Numbered from the stretch's first letter, positions 19,364 to 28,845 are shown. The stretch: 43,306 nt of DNA from a virus (IMGVR_UViG_3300025133_000025), one strand, 5' to 3'. Notes: generated by a model not told the origin, from the letters alone. Numbers and translations: made by a program.

Positions 19364-20269
19364 CTAGTTTTCAAGTGCTGCAACAATTCTGTTGACAACA
19401 CGTTCTGGTGTATAAGTAGCCGCAATCTTGCTTGCAGGCCCAAGATCCCACTCAAAATGACTCTGTATAAGGGCTTCAACTACGCTAACAAAATCTTCGA
19501 TATTATCTGGCTCAAACATTGGAATAGTATCACCCCACACTTCTTGCATCACGGATGTAGCAGCTACAACAGGAACTGCTCCACACAAAACAGCTTCAAT
19601 CGGGATAAGGCCTAGACCCTCGCGCACTGAAGGGGCGAGCACGCACTTGGACGCACAGAGTATGTTCGTCAGTGACATGCTATTCAAAAAGCCTAGGCCG
19701 CGGGCGCAGCCGTACTTTCCTGGCTTAATTGCTGGGCCTGCGACCATATATGTAAAGCTCTTATCATAGATAGTATTCAGCGTTCTTACAGTTTCCTCAG
19801 CTAGTCGAAACCTCTTTGCTTCATCTTCAAGACGACCATAGGAAAAAAAGTCAGCTGTGCCACGTGGAATCTTTCCAGCGATTGCAGAAGCAACCGTGAG
19901 GTTCACGTTGACTGGGTCACCCACTACGTGATATGCTCCTTCATAGCCCAACTCACGAATCTGCTTACCCACAAATTCAGTATTAACAAGAACGCAATCA
20001 GCAAGATCGAGGCGCCACATATGCTCCTTAGCTCTTGCGTCTTCAGCCTCTGCAGCCCAATTCATATCGAGCACTTTAGCTACAACCTTTGTCTTTCCTT
20101 GCAAAATTGCAGTATTGTACTTCACATCAAGCAATGCTTGGGGATCATGGCAGTATACCCAATCGGCTTCACTACTATCTGTAGCAAGCATTCCGCGTTT
20201 ATGCAGCTCAGTAGCCAATGTTGGTACCTGCCCCCAAGGGCCTGCAAACCCTGTTAACTTAATCTTCAT
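19364..20269 (-). CDS. Glycosyltransferase family 4 (GT-B, group 1)
   Basis: LAPSVREGLGLIPIEAVLCGAVPVVAAT matches the GT4 E-x7-E region (PSxxEGFGLxxLEAMAxGxPVIAT). Confidence 0.55.
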   Translation of the reverse strand: MKIKLTGFAGPWGQVPTLATELHKRGMLATDSSEADWVYCHDPQALLDVKYNTAILQGKTKVVAKVLDMNWAAEAEDARAKEHMWRLDLADCVLVNTEFVGKQIRELGYEGAYHVVGDPVNVNLTVASAIAGKIPRGTADFFSYGRLEDEAKRFRLAEETVRTLNTIYDKSFTYMVAGPAIKPGKYGCARGLGFLNSMSLTNILCASKCVLAPSVREGLGLIPIEAVLCGAVPVVAATSVMQEVWGDTIPMFEPDNIEDFVSVVEALIQSHFEWDLGPASKIAATYTPERVVNRIVAALEN

Positions 20270-20838
20270 CTATGATCCTCAAATTTATAACCAAAATATT
20301 CAAAATCTTCTGCAAAGCGGTCATAGATAATTCTTATTAAATCATCACTATCATAGTAGAGGCTATAATGTGGAAGCCTTTTACTCGCGACTTTATTATT
20401 ATTTTTGTGTGGCAACAAAGTTGTTATACCAATCGCTTCACCAGCAATGGCCCAATCAGCTGTAAGGTTTTCAAACCTCCCAATAAAATCTGCTGCTATT
20501 TCTCCACTGTTGTCGCGAAAGAAATCTAGCTGATGTTGCTTCTCTGTTGGATGAACCTGAAAGGTGGTGGTGTGTTTAAATGCATGCACAAAATCATGAA
20601 ATGTATTTTTCTTGTGCAGGCCTTTTCGATTAGCGTACAATGATACAGCGCGATCAAACGGATTCCTAACAAAGCCAAATTTATAAAAGCTTGAAAATTC
20701 TTCAGCAGTTATTTCACTTTGATATTGTTTTAGATCTTTGTGGGGATTTTTCTCATCACCAAGAATTGTGCGTATTGATTGTGATGCTGTTTTTGGAACA
20801 GCTACAAAAATAGTCCTATGCTTATAATTAACGCTCAT
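20266..20838 (-). CDS. Carbohydrate sulfotransferase (Sulfotransfer_2-like)
   Basis: 5'-PSB-like VAVPKTASQSI and 3'-PB-like RNPFDRAVSLY motifs; 190 aa. Confidence 0.55.
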   Translation of the reverse strand: MSVNYKHRTIFVAVPKTASQSIRTILGDEKNPHKDLKQYQSEITAEEFSSFYKFGFVRNPFDRAVSLYANRKGLHKKNTFHDFVHAFKHTTTFQVHPTEKQHQLDFFRDNSGEIAADFIGRFENLTADWAIAGEAIGITTLLPHKNNNKVASKRLPHYSLYYDSDDLIRIIYDRFAEDFEYFGYKFEDHR

Positions 20839-23800
20839 CGAGAAAGCCTCGAATACTTTGTGCCAGTCATGATTTCAGGCTGCTTGAAGCCCATACGCTC
20901 TAAATCATACTTTGGATAAACCACTTCTTCACCAATCCCAGCGAACTCATGACCAACCCGGAAGATTGTATTTGCAAGCTCTGCAATCTCTTCATCAGTT
21001 ACGTCATTCCAGTCCTTATCCTTGAAAAATCGCTTCTTGCCTTGCTCTTGCTCAAGATAGAGGCATGACCATTGCTTATCCCACATATCACGAAATTGCT
21101 TAACTTTCGCAGGGATGTCAGCCCATGAATAATGCCACACGCATGGCATATCTTCGATGATTCGCTGCACAACACTCTCATATGCAATTGGATCTGTCAG
21201 GCGCAAGCGTTCAATATCAGCTGTCCAGAAATTTTGTGTCGGTGTTGATTGATAAGTATACGAATTAACATACTCACATCCATCACTCATGCCTGTTGCA
21301 GCATAAATTCTGCCATCAGGAGCCTGCCGACGTGCTCCAGCGTTAATTCCGTGTGTAATTAATGGATCGTTCTTGGAAAGGCGCCACTTCCATAGGTGCC
21401 TATCTCCACGGAGGTGCTTAGTGTCGCCCCAAAGTTCAACAACAGGCAACGCAAGGACACCAAAATCAGAAGAAAACGTCTTTGTTAGCTTCTTAATCTT
21501 AAGATAGTCATTTTCGTGCACAATTTCGTCACCATCCATTTGCCAGAGGTAGTCTCCTGTGCATAAAGCACGTGCAAATGCCTTCTGTTGGCCATCAATG
21601 CCTGGCTCGTTGAAGTCCCACTCCTTTTGATAAAGTTGTACTCTATCATCATTTCCGAACGCTTCTTGCAGTTTTTCCCATGTTCCATCGGTAGAAATGC
21701 CATCTACTACAACAACTTCATCACAGAAGCCCAGCATTGATGTAATTGACTGTTCAAAAGGGTACTTCAGGGCATTAAATGTTGTTGTATAGCCTGAAAT
21801 GGACGGAAACTGCTCTTCAAACGGTTTTCTTAAAACGGCCAGTACTCTGTCATCGGGCTGCACATCCAAACTAACTGCGGGTTCCCAGATATCCATCACA
21901 TTGTTATACACAGTAGCAGCTGCAATGTTGTTAATACAAGGATTGTCTTTATCAACAACACACTGGTCCTTGTAGCAGGGTGCTGCGCAACCCTTTCGGT
22001 CAACTGCTTCAATAATAGTAAGCCTGTCAGAACCATATTCTGTATGGATCAATTTGCCAGTACACTCAGGGTTTGATGATCCAAAAAGCGCAACGCCAGG
22101 CACATCAAGGTGATTTGCGACGTGCATCGGGAATGAATCAATTCCTACAAATGCTGTTGCATCACCAATGATTCCGGCAGCTTCTGTAAATGTTGTTTTT
22201 CCGCGTAGGTCTTCCACACTGCGATACTCTGGATCGTCAGGGCCACCAATTTGAACAACCCTGACACCATTTGATCTAAGATTATCAATGACATCTTGCC
22301 AATAAGCATAGTGGCGTGCATGACCCTTCTTATAGCCTGGATGAATCACTACATATGGCGAAGCATTGCTAAAACCTTCCAGGGGATCAGTCACAATCCT
22401 GGGAAGAAGAGGGCCAGGCTCGAGACCGCAGTGCGCTGCAAACTCTTCAGCCAGATGCCGCTTGTTTCTGCGGTTGACCCAATTTGAGCCCTGATACTGG
22501 ACAAACAGGTCTGGTGTGTACACTTCGTCCCAAATCTTATTTGTCAGGTCTGGTGTATGCATCCACGGCTGGAATTCAATCCAGTTATACCCAAGATCCT
22601 TAACTACACCCTTGAAAACTGGTTTTGTGGCGATATAGGCTTCAACAGCATCTGCAGCTAGGCCAGTATCACTTATGAGATTATCAATCACACCAGTTGA
22701 TAAGAAGATGTCACCAGCAGATTGCGGCATGGTATAAAGAATCTTATGTTTGTCACCTGGAAGTATGTTATTTGCTACCCAATATTCAACACTGTTTTTC
22801 TGGAAAAACTCATGCGCAGATGCCTGCACTAAGTCAACAAATTTTCTGCCCAGTACCCCTGGATTATAATTTTCTGCAATTTCCTTACTGAGCTTTTTTG
22901 CCCATGCGGTGGGTGTTGAAGCTTTGCTATAGAAGCGACGCATGATAATCTTGGCATCGTCCAATGACGGCTCTGCCCACATTACACCCTCAGGGATAAC
23001 GCCTTGCCAAACGAATGATGCAGGAACTGGCACAGGTGTAACAGGAACTGGTAACCAACGACGCTTTGCTTCACCAAGAAATGTAAGGTGTCCTGACCAG
23101 TTAGTCGCAATTACAGGAAGTCCGCATGCAGCAGCTTCAATAATCGGCAAACCATATCCTTCACCGTGCGTTAGTGAAACAAATGCTTTAATCTTGGGAT
23201 GGTTGTAAAGTGCAGCAAGCTCTTTATCTGTTGCAAAACCAGAAACAAGATAGAGCTTACACTTTGGCTCATGGCCAACTTGCTGAGTAATCTCTTTTAC
23301 CAGAAGTTCTTTAAGTTCTGCTAATCGTGCTTGCACAATAAAGCGATCTGGAATACTATTTCGAATTGCCGCAATCTTAAGAACTAAACCAACATCTTCG
23401 TCATTATGAAACTCTTCATAGAAAGCTTTAATTGTGTTGGTGATATTCTTTCTATCCTGCCCAAAATTAACGTTTACACCCCACTGGCCAACAACAAGAA
23501 AATTAAAATCTGTTGAAAACAGTTCATCTGTAATAGATTCTGCTTGGGCACCAGGGAAAAAAGTATCAATCTTAACAGATTCTTCTACAATTACAATTGG
23601 TGTTGTAATTTGAATCTCATGCTCTTTACCAGCTTTATGATCGTAAACCTCATACCTAGTCTGCTCCATGACATTCTTGGAATGTTCTGACGGAACAACA
23701 ATCAGGTCCATTAGATTACACTGTGGAATCCACTCAGGCGCAATTCTATCAGTCTCGATTCCTGCAGTTACACCGATATTGAATTTTGCCCGACGGGCAA

Positions 23801-24077
23801 ATTCATTTGGAATCGTCACCTGCACAGACACATCAAACACAGCGTTAAACTGGTCTTCTGCTACCTGTGATTTAAGATTCTCCATCTTCCCGCATGCATT
23901 TGCATATCTGCTAAAGGCATGATCAGTGACGGGCAGCCAACTGCATTGTCCCCACGGAATTTGGTCAGCATATATGTCATACTGGCCTGCTTCCATCAAC
24001 GCATCAAGAATCTGGCGGGCGTGAACGCCGTAGCCGCTTGCTGTTAAAACTGGTCCGCGAAAATGCAGTCGTGTCAT
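20835..24077 (-). CDS. Multidomain glycosyltransferase: GT4 + GT9 (ADP-heptose heptosyltransferase-like) + GT2-like
   Basis: 1080 aa. GT4 motif FVSLTHGEGYGLPIIEAAACGLPVIATN. GT9 C-terminal motif AAGIIGDATAFVGIDSFPMHVANHLDVPGVALFG (compare GNDSGPMHLAAALGxPxVALFG). GT2-like segment with VVVVDGISTDGT and DGDEIVHEND (DXD). Confidence 0.65.
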   Translation of the reverse strand: MTRLHFRGPVLTASGYGVHARQILDALMEAGQYDIYADQIPWGQCSWLPVTDHAFSRYANACGKMENLKSQVAEDQFNAVFDVSVQVTIPNEFARRAKFNIGVTAGIETDRIAPEWIPQCNLMDLIVVPSEHSKNVMEQTRYEVYDHKAGKEHEIQITTPIVIVEESVKIDTFFPGAQAESITDELFSTDFNFLVVGQWGVNVNFGQDRKNITNTIKAFYEEFHNDEDVGLVLKIAAIRNSIPDRFIVQARLAELKELLVKEITQQVGHEPKCKLYLVSGFATDKELAALYNHPKIKAFVSLTHGEGYGLPIIEAAACGLPVIATNWSGHLTFLGEAKRRWLPVPVTPVPVPASFVWQGVIPEGVMWAEPSLDDAKIIMRRFYSKASTPTAWAKKLSKEIAENYNPGVLGRKFVDLVQASAHEFFQKNSVEYWVANNILPGDKHKILYTMPQSAGDIFLSTGVIDNLISDTGLAADAVEAYIATKPVFKGVVKDLGYNWIEFQPWMHTPDLTNKIWDEVYTPDLFVQYQGSNWVNRRNKRHLAEEFAAHCGLEPGPLLPRIVTDPLEGFSNASPYVVIHPGYKKGHARHYAYWQDVIDNLRSNGVRVVQIGGPDDPEYRSVEDLRGKTTFTEAAGIIGDATAFVGIDSFPMHVANHLDVPGVALFGSSNPECTGKLIHTEYGSDRLTIIEAVDRKGCAAPCYKDQCVVDKDNPCINNIAAATVYNNVMDIWEPAVSLDVQPDDRVLAVLRKPFEEQFPSISGYTTTFNALKYPFEQSITSMLGFCDEVVVVDGISTDGTWEKLQEAFGNDDRVQLYQKEWDFNEPGIDGQQKAFARALCTGDYLWQMDGDEIVHENDYLKIKKLTKTFSSDFGVLALPVVELWGDTKHLRGDRHLWKWRLSKNDPLITHGINAGARRQAPDGRIYAATGMSDGCEYVNSYTYQSTPTQNFWTADIERLRLTDPIAYESVVQRIIEDMPCVWHYSWADIPAKVKQFRDMWDKQWSCLYLEQEQGKKRFFKDKDWNDVTDEEIAELANTIFRVGHEFAGIGEEVVYPKYDLERMGFKQPEIMTGTKYSRLSR

Positions 24078-25345
24078 ACCTCAAAAACCTCAAGCTGTGT
24101 AGTGCGCTCACCATGTGTAACAACAGTTCGTTGAATTGCTGCATCCCACTTGCTAATCATTGTATCAATATCAAAGCGACGGCGGGCAGAGGCAGCAGCC
24201 TCAATGCCCATTGCTTTAAATTCTTCTGGACCATCATTCCACATATTGTACATGTATTCCATGGCATCACAAATTTGCTCATGCGATACATTATCTTCAA
24301 AGACATATGGAACAGGCTGCGTGCCAACGCAAGAAACTGCGGCAGGCCGTAAAAGAAGACCATTCAGTTTTCCAGTCTCCTTATCAGCTAACTGCTCTGT
24401 CATTCCGCCTGTCATTGTTGCAACAACAGGATTACCCGCCATCAGGCTTTCCAGTACAGACAGGCCAAAGCCTTCGGCATTTGAAATGTTGAATGTCACG
24501 TCAGTGGCGTTAATGAGATCGTTTATCTGCTCGCGGGACACAAAATTTGATGAAAGAATAACATCATCCTGCAATCCCAAGCGCTCTACGACGTTAATAA
24601 GATTTGGTCCCTCTTGGTCAAGAGGATTTGTATGCAAGAAGAGTTGAACCTTTCCCTGCACACCATCGACAGTGTCAATAAATTCACGAAATCCGAAAAG
24701 CAAGTCAGACGCTTTCTTGCGGCGGGCATTGCGGTTCATCCAGAAGATTGTGAATTTATCCTTATTTGGTCCAAGAATTTGAGCCCTGAGCTCACTTCTA
24801 CGTTCATCAGGGAGTCGCTTGAAGAGATCACTGGGTACTGCATGCGGCATGTACTCTGCGCGCTCAGCAAATCCAAGCTCTTCGACGACGGAGTGTGTAA
24901 GCTTGGAGATACACCCGATGAAGTCTGTTGACTCGTAAAAAGGCTTGTTGAATTCGGGAGCCGGGTTGTTATCCCAGACGTGCCAATAAAGGAGTGGTGC
25001 CACTGCTCGTACTTCATTTTCCATCTCCCAAAGCCATACGTAGAAACGTGGATCTGTGATGAACAAAACAGCATCAGGCCTGAAGTTCATGAGCATTGTT
25101 CTGATTACATTGGGGTCGCCGTAATTATTTACGGGATGCACAATCAGATCAGTCCCAAACTCTGGACTCTGGGTCGGTGTATAATCTCGATGAGCCTTCG
25201 CGCCTCCGAGATTCAAAACACTATAGCGTCCTGTTTTTACTAGACCCTCTGCAAGTAATTTTGCTTGCGTTCCAACACCTGAGGGTGATTCAATATGATC
25301 GCTAATTAAAAGCAATCGTGTCTTAGGCTGTTCTGTCATACTCAT
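24074..25345 (-). CDS. Glycosyltransferase family 4
   Basis: FNISNAEGFGLSVLESLMAGNPVVATMTGG matches the GT4 E-x7-E motif; 423 aa. Confidence 0.65.
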   Translation of the reverse strand: MSMTEQPKTRLLLISDHIESPSGVGTQAKLLAEGLVKTGRYSVLNLGGAKAHRDYTPTQSPEFGTDLIVHPVNNYGDPNVIRTMLMNFRPDAVLFITDPRFYVWLWEMENEVRAVAPLLYWHVWDNNPAPEFNKPFYESTDFIGCISKLTHSVVEELGFAERAEYMPHAVPSDLFKRLPDERRSELRAQILGPNKDKFTIFWMNRNARRKKASDLLFGFREFIDTVDGVQGKVQLFLHTNPLDQEGPNLINVVERLGLQDDVILSSNFVSREQINDLINATDVTFNISNAEGFGLSVLESLMAGNPVVATMTGGMTEQLADKETGKLNGLLLRPAAVSCVGTQPVPYVFEDNVSHEQICDAMEYMYNMWNDGPEEFKAMGIEAAASARRRFDIDTMISKWDAAIQRTVVTHGERTTQLEVFEV

Positions 25346-25739
25346 CTACCAGCATTTCTTCAAGCAGTTCTTTTTCTTCAAGCATTCCAAGTGTATTTGC
25401 AAGCTCAATGCCCCACTCAAAGCGAGTATCAAACCCGTGAACAGAATCAAGCTCTCTAATGACAGCAGCATTCGTTGCGACTTGCAATGGTTTATTTGGA
25501 TACGCTGCCTTGATCTTCTTGCTGCTCACATAAAAGATTGCAGTTTTAGGATCAGAGGTTGACATAAAGACCAATTGGTCAGACATGTCATTCAAAGCGT
25601 CATGCATGGCTACAAGTGACGGTGAAAGATCACTCATCATATCTAAATCAACAATGCTGGCAAAACTTTCAACAGGAACCATTTGTGGTGTTGTTGTCAT
25701 GATTAATTGTACAATGCTGCCAGAACTTTGTAACATCAC
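25323..25739 (-). CDS. Hypothetical protein
   Basis: 138-aa ORF with 4-nt coupling to the nuclease gene upstream. Confidence 0.4.
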   Translation of the reverse strand: MMLQSSGSIVQLIMTTTPQMVPVESFASIVDLDMMSDLSPSLVAMHDALNDMSDQLVFMSTSDPKTAIFYVSSKKIKAAYPNKPLQVATNAAVIRELDSVHGFDTRFEWGIELANTLGMLEEKELLEEMLVDEYDRTA

Positions 25740-26614
25740 TTACAAAACTTTGTTTGCTTAAATGGGCAGAAGAAGCACGCATCTTGCCCAAATTTTGTTT
25801 TTCCAAGCGGAGGGGCAAAACCTCGACGCATTGCTTGCAGAGCTTTTTCTAGTTTGATAAGAAGATTGTCAACCTTCCGTTTTGTGAATTTTGCTTGAAA
25901 AATTTCAATAGGATGTTGCTTCCCTGGCTCACGCTTAAGCAGCATAAAGAATGTCCTGATATTCTCGAATGGAATTCCTGCGGCAACTGAATAGAAATAT
26001 CTGTACAGCATTAACTGGGCTTGCATCCAGTAATCGTTTTTCTTTTTGGACTGCCAACCCCAACCGCATGTCTTCTGATCAAGGATTATTGTCATTCCTG
26101 CTGTCAATAATTCACCGTCTGGGGTAACATGATCCTCAGTCATTTCAACAATCGTATCGATGAATCCCTTAAATTTGAAGTCATCAAACTGGTCACCCTT
26201 AAGGTGACCCTGCAGTGGAACCATCAGTGGATATTCGTTCTGCACAAACTTCCACTTTCCTTCACCAAAATACCTGTTGAACCCTTCGAGTGATGTCGCT
26301 ACAATTTCTTTTCCAGCTCCCAGAAGTTTTCTATTTGGATTTTGGCCGTACGGATTAACGCATTGCTTGCGCGATTCAGTAATAAACGTTTCCCGAAAGA
26401 GATCAACACTCTCAGAAAGTGCACCTCCTGCAAGGATAGCCTGCACTCCTTCGTGCGCTCCAGTTCCAAATGGAGCTGCCCATTCCCACTTTGTATTATG
26501 GGAAGTTCCTTCGGCATCATTCAAGCCGAGAATGTAACCGAGCTTGTGACGCTTTGGACATTCACTGTGCACACGGAATTCCGAAAAACTAATCGTTAGA
26601 TCATTAAAAGACAT
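25736..26614 (-). CDS. PD-(D/E)XK nuclease, Cas4/RecB-like, with a C-terminal Cys cluster
   Basis: GFIDTIVEM...IILDQKT fits the D...(D/E)xK core; the C-terminal CFFCPFKQTKFC Cys cluster resembles the Fe-S module of Cas4/AddB-type nucleases. Confidence 0.5.
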   Translation of the reverse strand: MSFNDLTISFSEFRVHSECPKRHKLGYILGLNDAEGTSHNTKWEWAAPFGTGAHEGVQAILAGGALSESVDLFRETFITESRKQCVNPYGQNPNRKLLGAGKEIVATSLEGFNRYFGEGKWKFVQNEYPLMVPLQGHLKGDQFDDFKFKGFIDTIVEMTEDHVTPDGELLTAGMTIILDQKTCGWGWQSKKKNDYWMQAQLMLYRYFYSVAAGIPFENIRTFFMLLKREPGKQHPIEIFQAKFTKRKVDNLLIKLEKALQAMRRGFAPPLGKTKFGQDACFFCPFKQTKFCK

Positions 26615-26643
26615 ACTTACCTTGAGGTTTAATTTGTAAGATT

Positions 26644-26652
26644 ATTATACCA
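26644..26652 (-). promoter_or_regulatory. Extended -10 promoter element TGGTATAAT (minus strand) for the nuclease gene
   Basis: The reverse complement of 26644-26652 is TGGTATAAT, about 30 nt upstream of the ATG at 26614; it is the same extended -10 as in the cassette promoters but lacks the TTTCCG upstream box. Confidence 0.4.
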
Positions 26653-26695
26653 CGCAGTTCGTTTAAATGAATAAGAAAAGTCACAGGAGCTAGCA

Positions 26696-27004
26696 ATGGA
26701 ACCAATTACAATCAGCATCGGAGCAGGAGTATTTGCAATTGTTAGTGCAATAGGCACGGGCATCACTGTTTATTACAAGCTCAAGATGTCTTTTGACACA
26801 GATCTAGATGACGCCATTGAAAAGCGTGTGAAAGAATCAGAAGCGAAAAACGAACTTCGAATGCAAGCGATTGAAATCAAACACAGCGCGCTGGCTAGTG
26901 TCAGTGTTAAAAAAGAAGATCTTGCTACCGTCAGCGCAAATATCGCTCACCTAACTACGTTAGTTGAAGACCTTAAGCGCATGATTCAGAACAATAATAA
27001 CTAA
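26696..27004 (+). CDS. Small membrane / coiled-coil protein
   Basis: 102 aa; N-terminal hydrophobic helix ITISIGAGVFAIVSAIGTGITVYY; SD AGGAG 8 nt upstream. Confidence 0.5.
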   Translation: MEPITISIGAGVFAIVSAIGTGITVYYKLKMSFDTDLDDAIEKRVKESEAKNELRMQAIEIKHSALASVSVKKEDLATVSANIAHLTTLVEDLKRMIQNNNN

Positions 27005-27100
27005 CCGAGTAGAAGTGGTCCAGTGCGGCCATTCTTTGTCTCTACCCTACCTTGCCTTGCACAACTGCAAGTATGATTTACAGTAACAATTTCTGAATTG

Positions 27101-27520
27101 TCATCCTTCTTCTGTGGCAAGCTTCGTGTCTCGTAGATCGGCGCTCCACAATTTGGACACTGACTCGCGCGCTTTGCGCCTGCTGTTAGGACTGTTTGGT
27201 TTTCCGGCATTTCCTGCTCTTCTCCATAATTCTTCTCTGTTGTTTGACCAGCGCTTATATTCGCTGTTGACAACATTTGCTTTAAGCCACAGTTCATCTC
27301 CGCGATGTAGTAACTCTTTATTTGGGCTATCATAAACTCCGCAATGCCCAATAACTTCAACCTTATAAGCTTTAAGAGCAAAGTCATACTCAACAAGCTT
27401 CAAAGTTACATAGATTGCAAAACCGCGGTTTGATGACTTTCTAGGTGATTTAATGATGTCGTGATATGAAACGTTATCAATGACAAATGTTTCGCCGTCA
27501 GAAATGTTGTGGCGGTTCAC
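27101..27520 (-). CDS. Hypothetical protein (possible frameshift partner of the 27001-27396 frame)
   Basis: 139 aa; ATGA coupling to the upstream gene at 27517-27520; see the finding on overlapping frames. Confidence 0.45.
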   Translation of the reverse strand: MNRHNISDGETFVIDNVSYHDIIKSPRKSSNRGFAIYVTLKLVEYDFALKAYKVEVIGHCGVYDSPNKELLHRGDELWLKANVVNSEYKRWSNNREELWRRAGNAGKPNSPNSRRKARESVSKLWSADLRDTKLATEEG

Positions 27521-27810
27521 TGACCTGGTAAGATGATGCGACTCCGATTGTCGCGTTGCTCAGCTAGTAAAAGATTATCTTGAACGCGGTCGTAAATAAT
27601 TCCAATAACATTCTCAGCCTTAATGGCTCTTGTGGCTTCTATAACAAATTCAACTGCAGTTTGAAACGCATCCATGAGATTTTCATCTGAGTGCTGTTTT
27701 ACAATTTCGTCAGCAGTATATTCAAATTTTGGATCAATCCGCGCCATCATTGCAGAGAGGATTACATTCTCAAGTTCCATTTCAATCTGTGTCTTTTCAA
27801 CTGTAGCCAT
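27517..27810 (-). CDS. Hypothetical protein
   Basis: 97 aa; first gene leftward of the AT-rich divergent region. Confidence 0.5.
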   Translation of the reverse strand: MATVEKTQIEMELENVILSAMMARIDPKFEYTADEIVKQHSDENLMDAFQTAVEFVIEATRAIKAENVIGIIYDRVQDNLLLAEQRDNRSRIILPGQ

Positions 27811-28076
27811 AAATCGTATGTCCTTCTATAATTCCATTGTATAACAAGCAGCCAGATGTGTAACAAGACTTTATTTTCATCAAAGTTTGTTTCCATATTC
27901 CTGTCAGTAATGCAACAATATAAAAAGTAAAGTAAAGCACTTCAATTATCTGTTGATTCATTATCCTTAAATACTAAATCTGAATTGGTATTACATCTAC
28001 TCACTTTATAGTTCCAACACTTTCAATTTGTATTACAATATCAATATGAATCTATTAACTCATAGGAGTCTTTAAA
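27811..28076. promoter_or_regulatory. AT-rich divergent intergenic control region
   Basis: 266 bp of about 25% GC between the leftward (27810) and rightward (28077) gene blocks, with multiple TATAAT/TACAAT-like hexamers on both strands. Confidence 0.45.
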
Positions 28077-28349
28077 ATGACTGAAGGTCTGATCAACGAA
28101 CTCGCGCAGCATGACGCAGAAAATGAAATCAAAAAGATTATAAATGTCAGTAGAGACGATGTAATCGGCATTGTAACCGAAAGGCTTATGAAGACCTTTG
28201 CAGCACAAGATGTAGTTGACTGCCCAAAATATTTTGTAAATATTACTGAGGATCCGAAGAAGTTTATGCAGTTTATTTTTGCAGGTGACCCTGTAGGATC
28301 TACTGAAAACTTTGGGGAAGTGCGCGACCTTTTGCAGGATGAATCGTAG
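28077..28349 (+). CDS. Hypothetical protein
   Basis: 90 aa; SD TAGGAG upstream. Confidence 0.5.
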   Translation: MTEGLINELAQHDAENEIKKIINVSRDDVIGIVTERLMKTFAAQDVVDCPKYFVNITEDPKKFMQFIFAGDPVGSTENFGEVRDLLQDES

Positions 28350-28545
28350 ACATTTTGTGCATTCTTCGGCGGATTTTGGCCCGAATCCTCTCTTCAGGAC
28401 TCTTTGATTCATCAAATGCCTCTTCGCCGTGAAATTGCAGCCATTCTTCCTCAGTTGAGGGTGGCGAAACATACTGTTTCCCACCATAATCTCGAACTGT
28501 TCCCAGAACTTCATTCATACAATAGGTAGTGAAAAAAGTATGCAA
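28300..28545 (-). CDS. Questionable small ORF (antisense to a plus-strand block)
   Basis: 81-aa ORF starting with TTG; protein-like composition but no RBS; it fills a 190-nt gap between plus-strand genes. Confidence 0.2.
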   Translation of the reverse strand: MHTFFTTYCMNEVLGTVRDYGGKQYVSPPSTEEEWLQFHGEEAFDESKSPEERIRAKIRRRMHKMSTIHPAKGRALPQSFQ

Positions 28546-28845
28546 GAGGCCGCCAAATGTGAATGGTGCAGTGAAATACTGCCAAAACCAAGCTTGACCG
28601 AGTGTAAAACGTGTACAGAGCTTATTAAAGACATGGATTTGACAATGTTTGCCGGTCCAGATCCTCGGCCAGTTCTTCGAGAATTTCGAAAAGGAAATGC
28701 TGTTAGCGTTACCTTTGGTAAACCCAGCAAAGGCGAAACTCTTGGTGAAAGACTGACAAGAAATCTTTACGCAGCTGAATTTGAAAAGCTTTTAAACGAA
28801 AGCGATCTACCATTTACCATTGAAAGGATCGGAAATGACACCTGA
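28540..28845 (+). CDS. Zinc-ribbon protein
   Basis: CEWC...x13...CKTC N-terminal Cys4 pattern; 101 aa. Confidence 0.5.
   Translation: MQEAAKCEWCSEILPKPSLTECKTCTELIKDMDLTMFAGPDPRPVLREFRKGNAVSVTFGKPSKGETLGERLTRNLYAAEFEKLLNESDLPFTIERIGNDT

Noticed and set aside
28350-28540. Plus-strand 37-aa ORF (MPLRREIAAILPQLRVAKHTVSHHNLELFPELHSYNR) in the gap between 28349 and 28540
   Set aside because: It has no SD and no supporting features. It is as weak as the antisense alternative 28300-28545.
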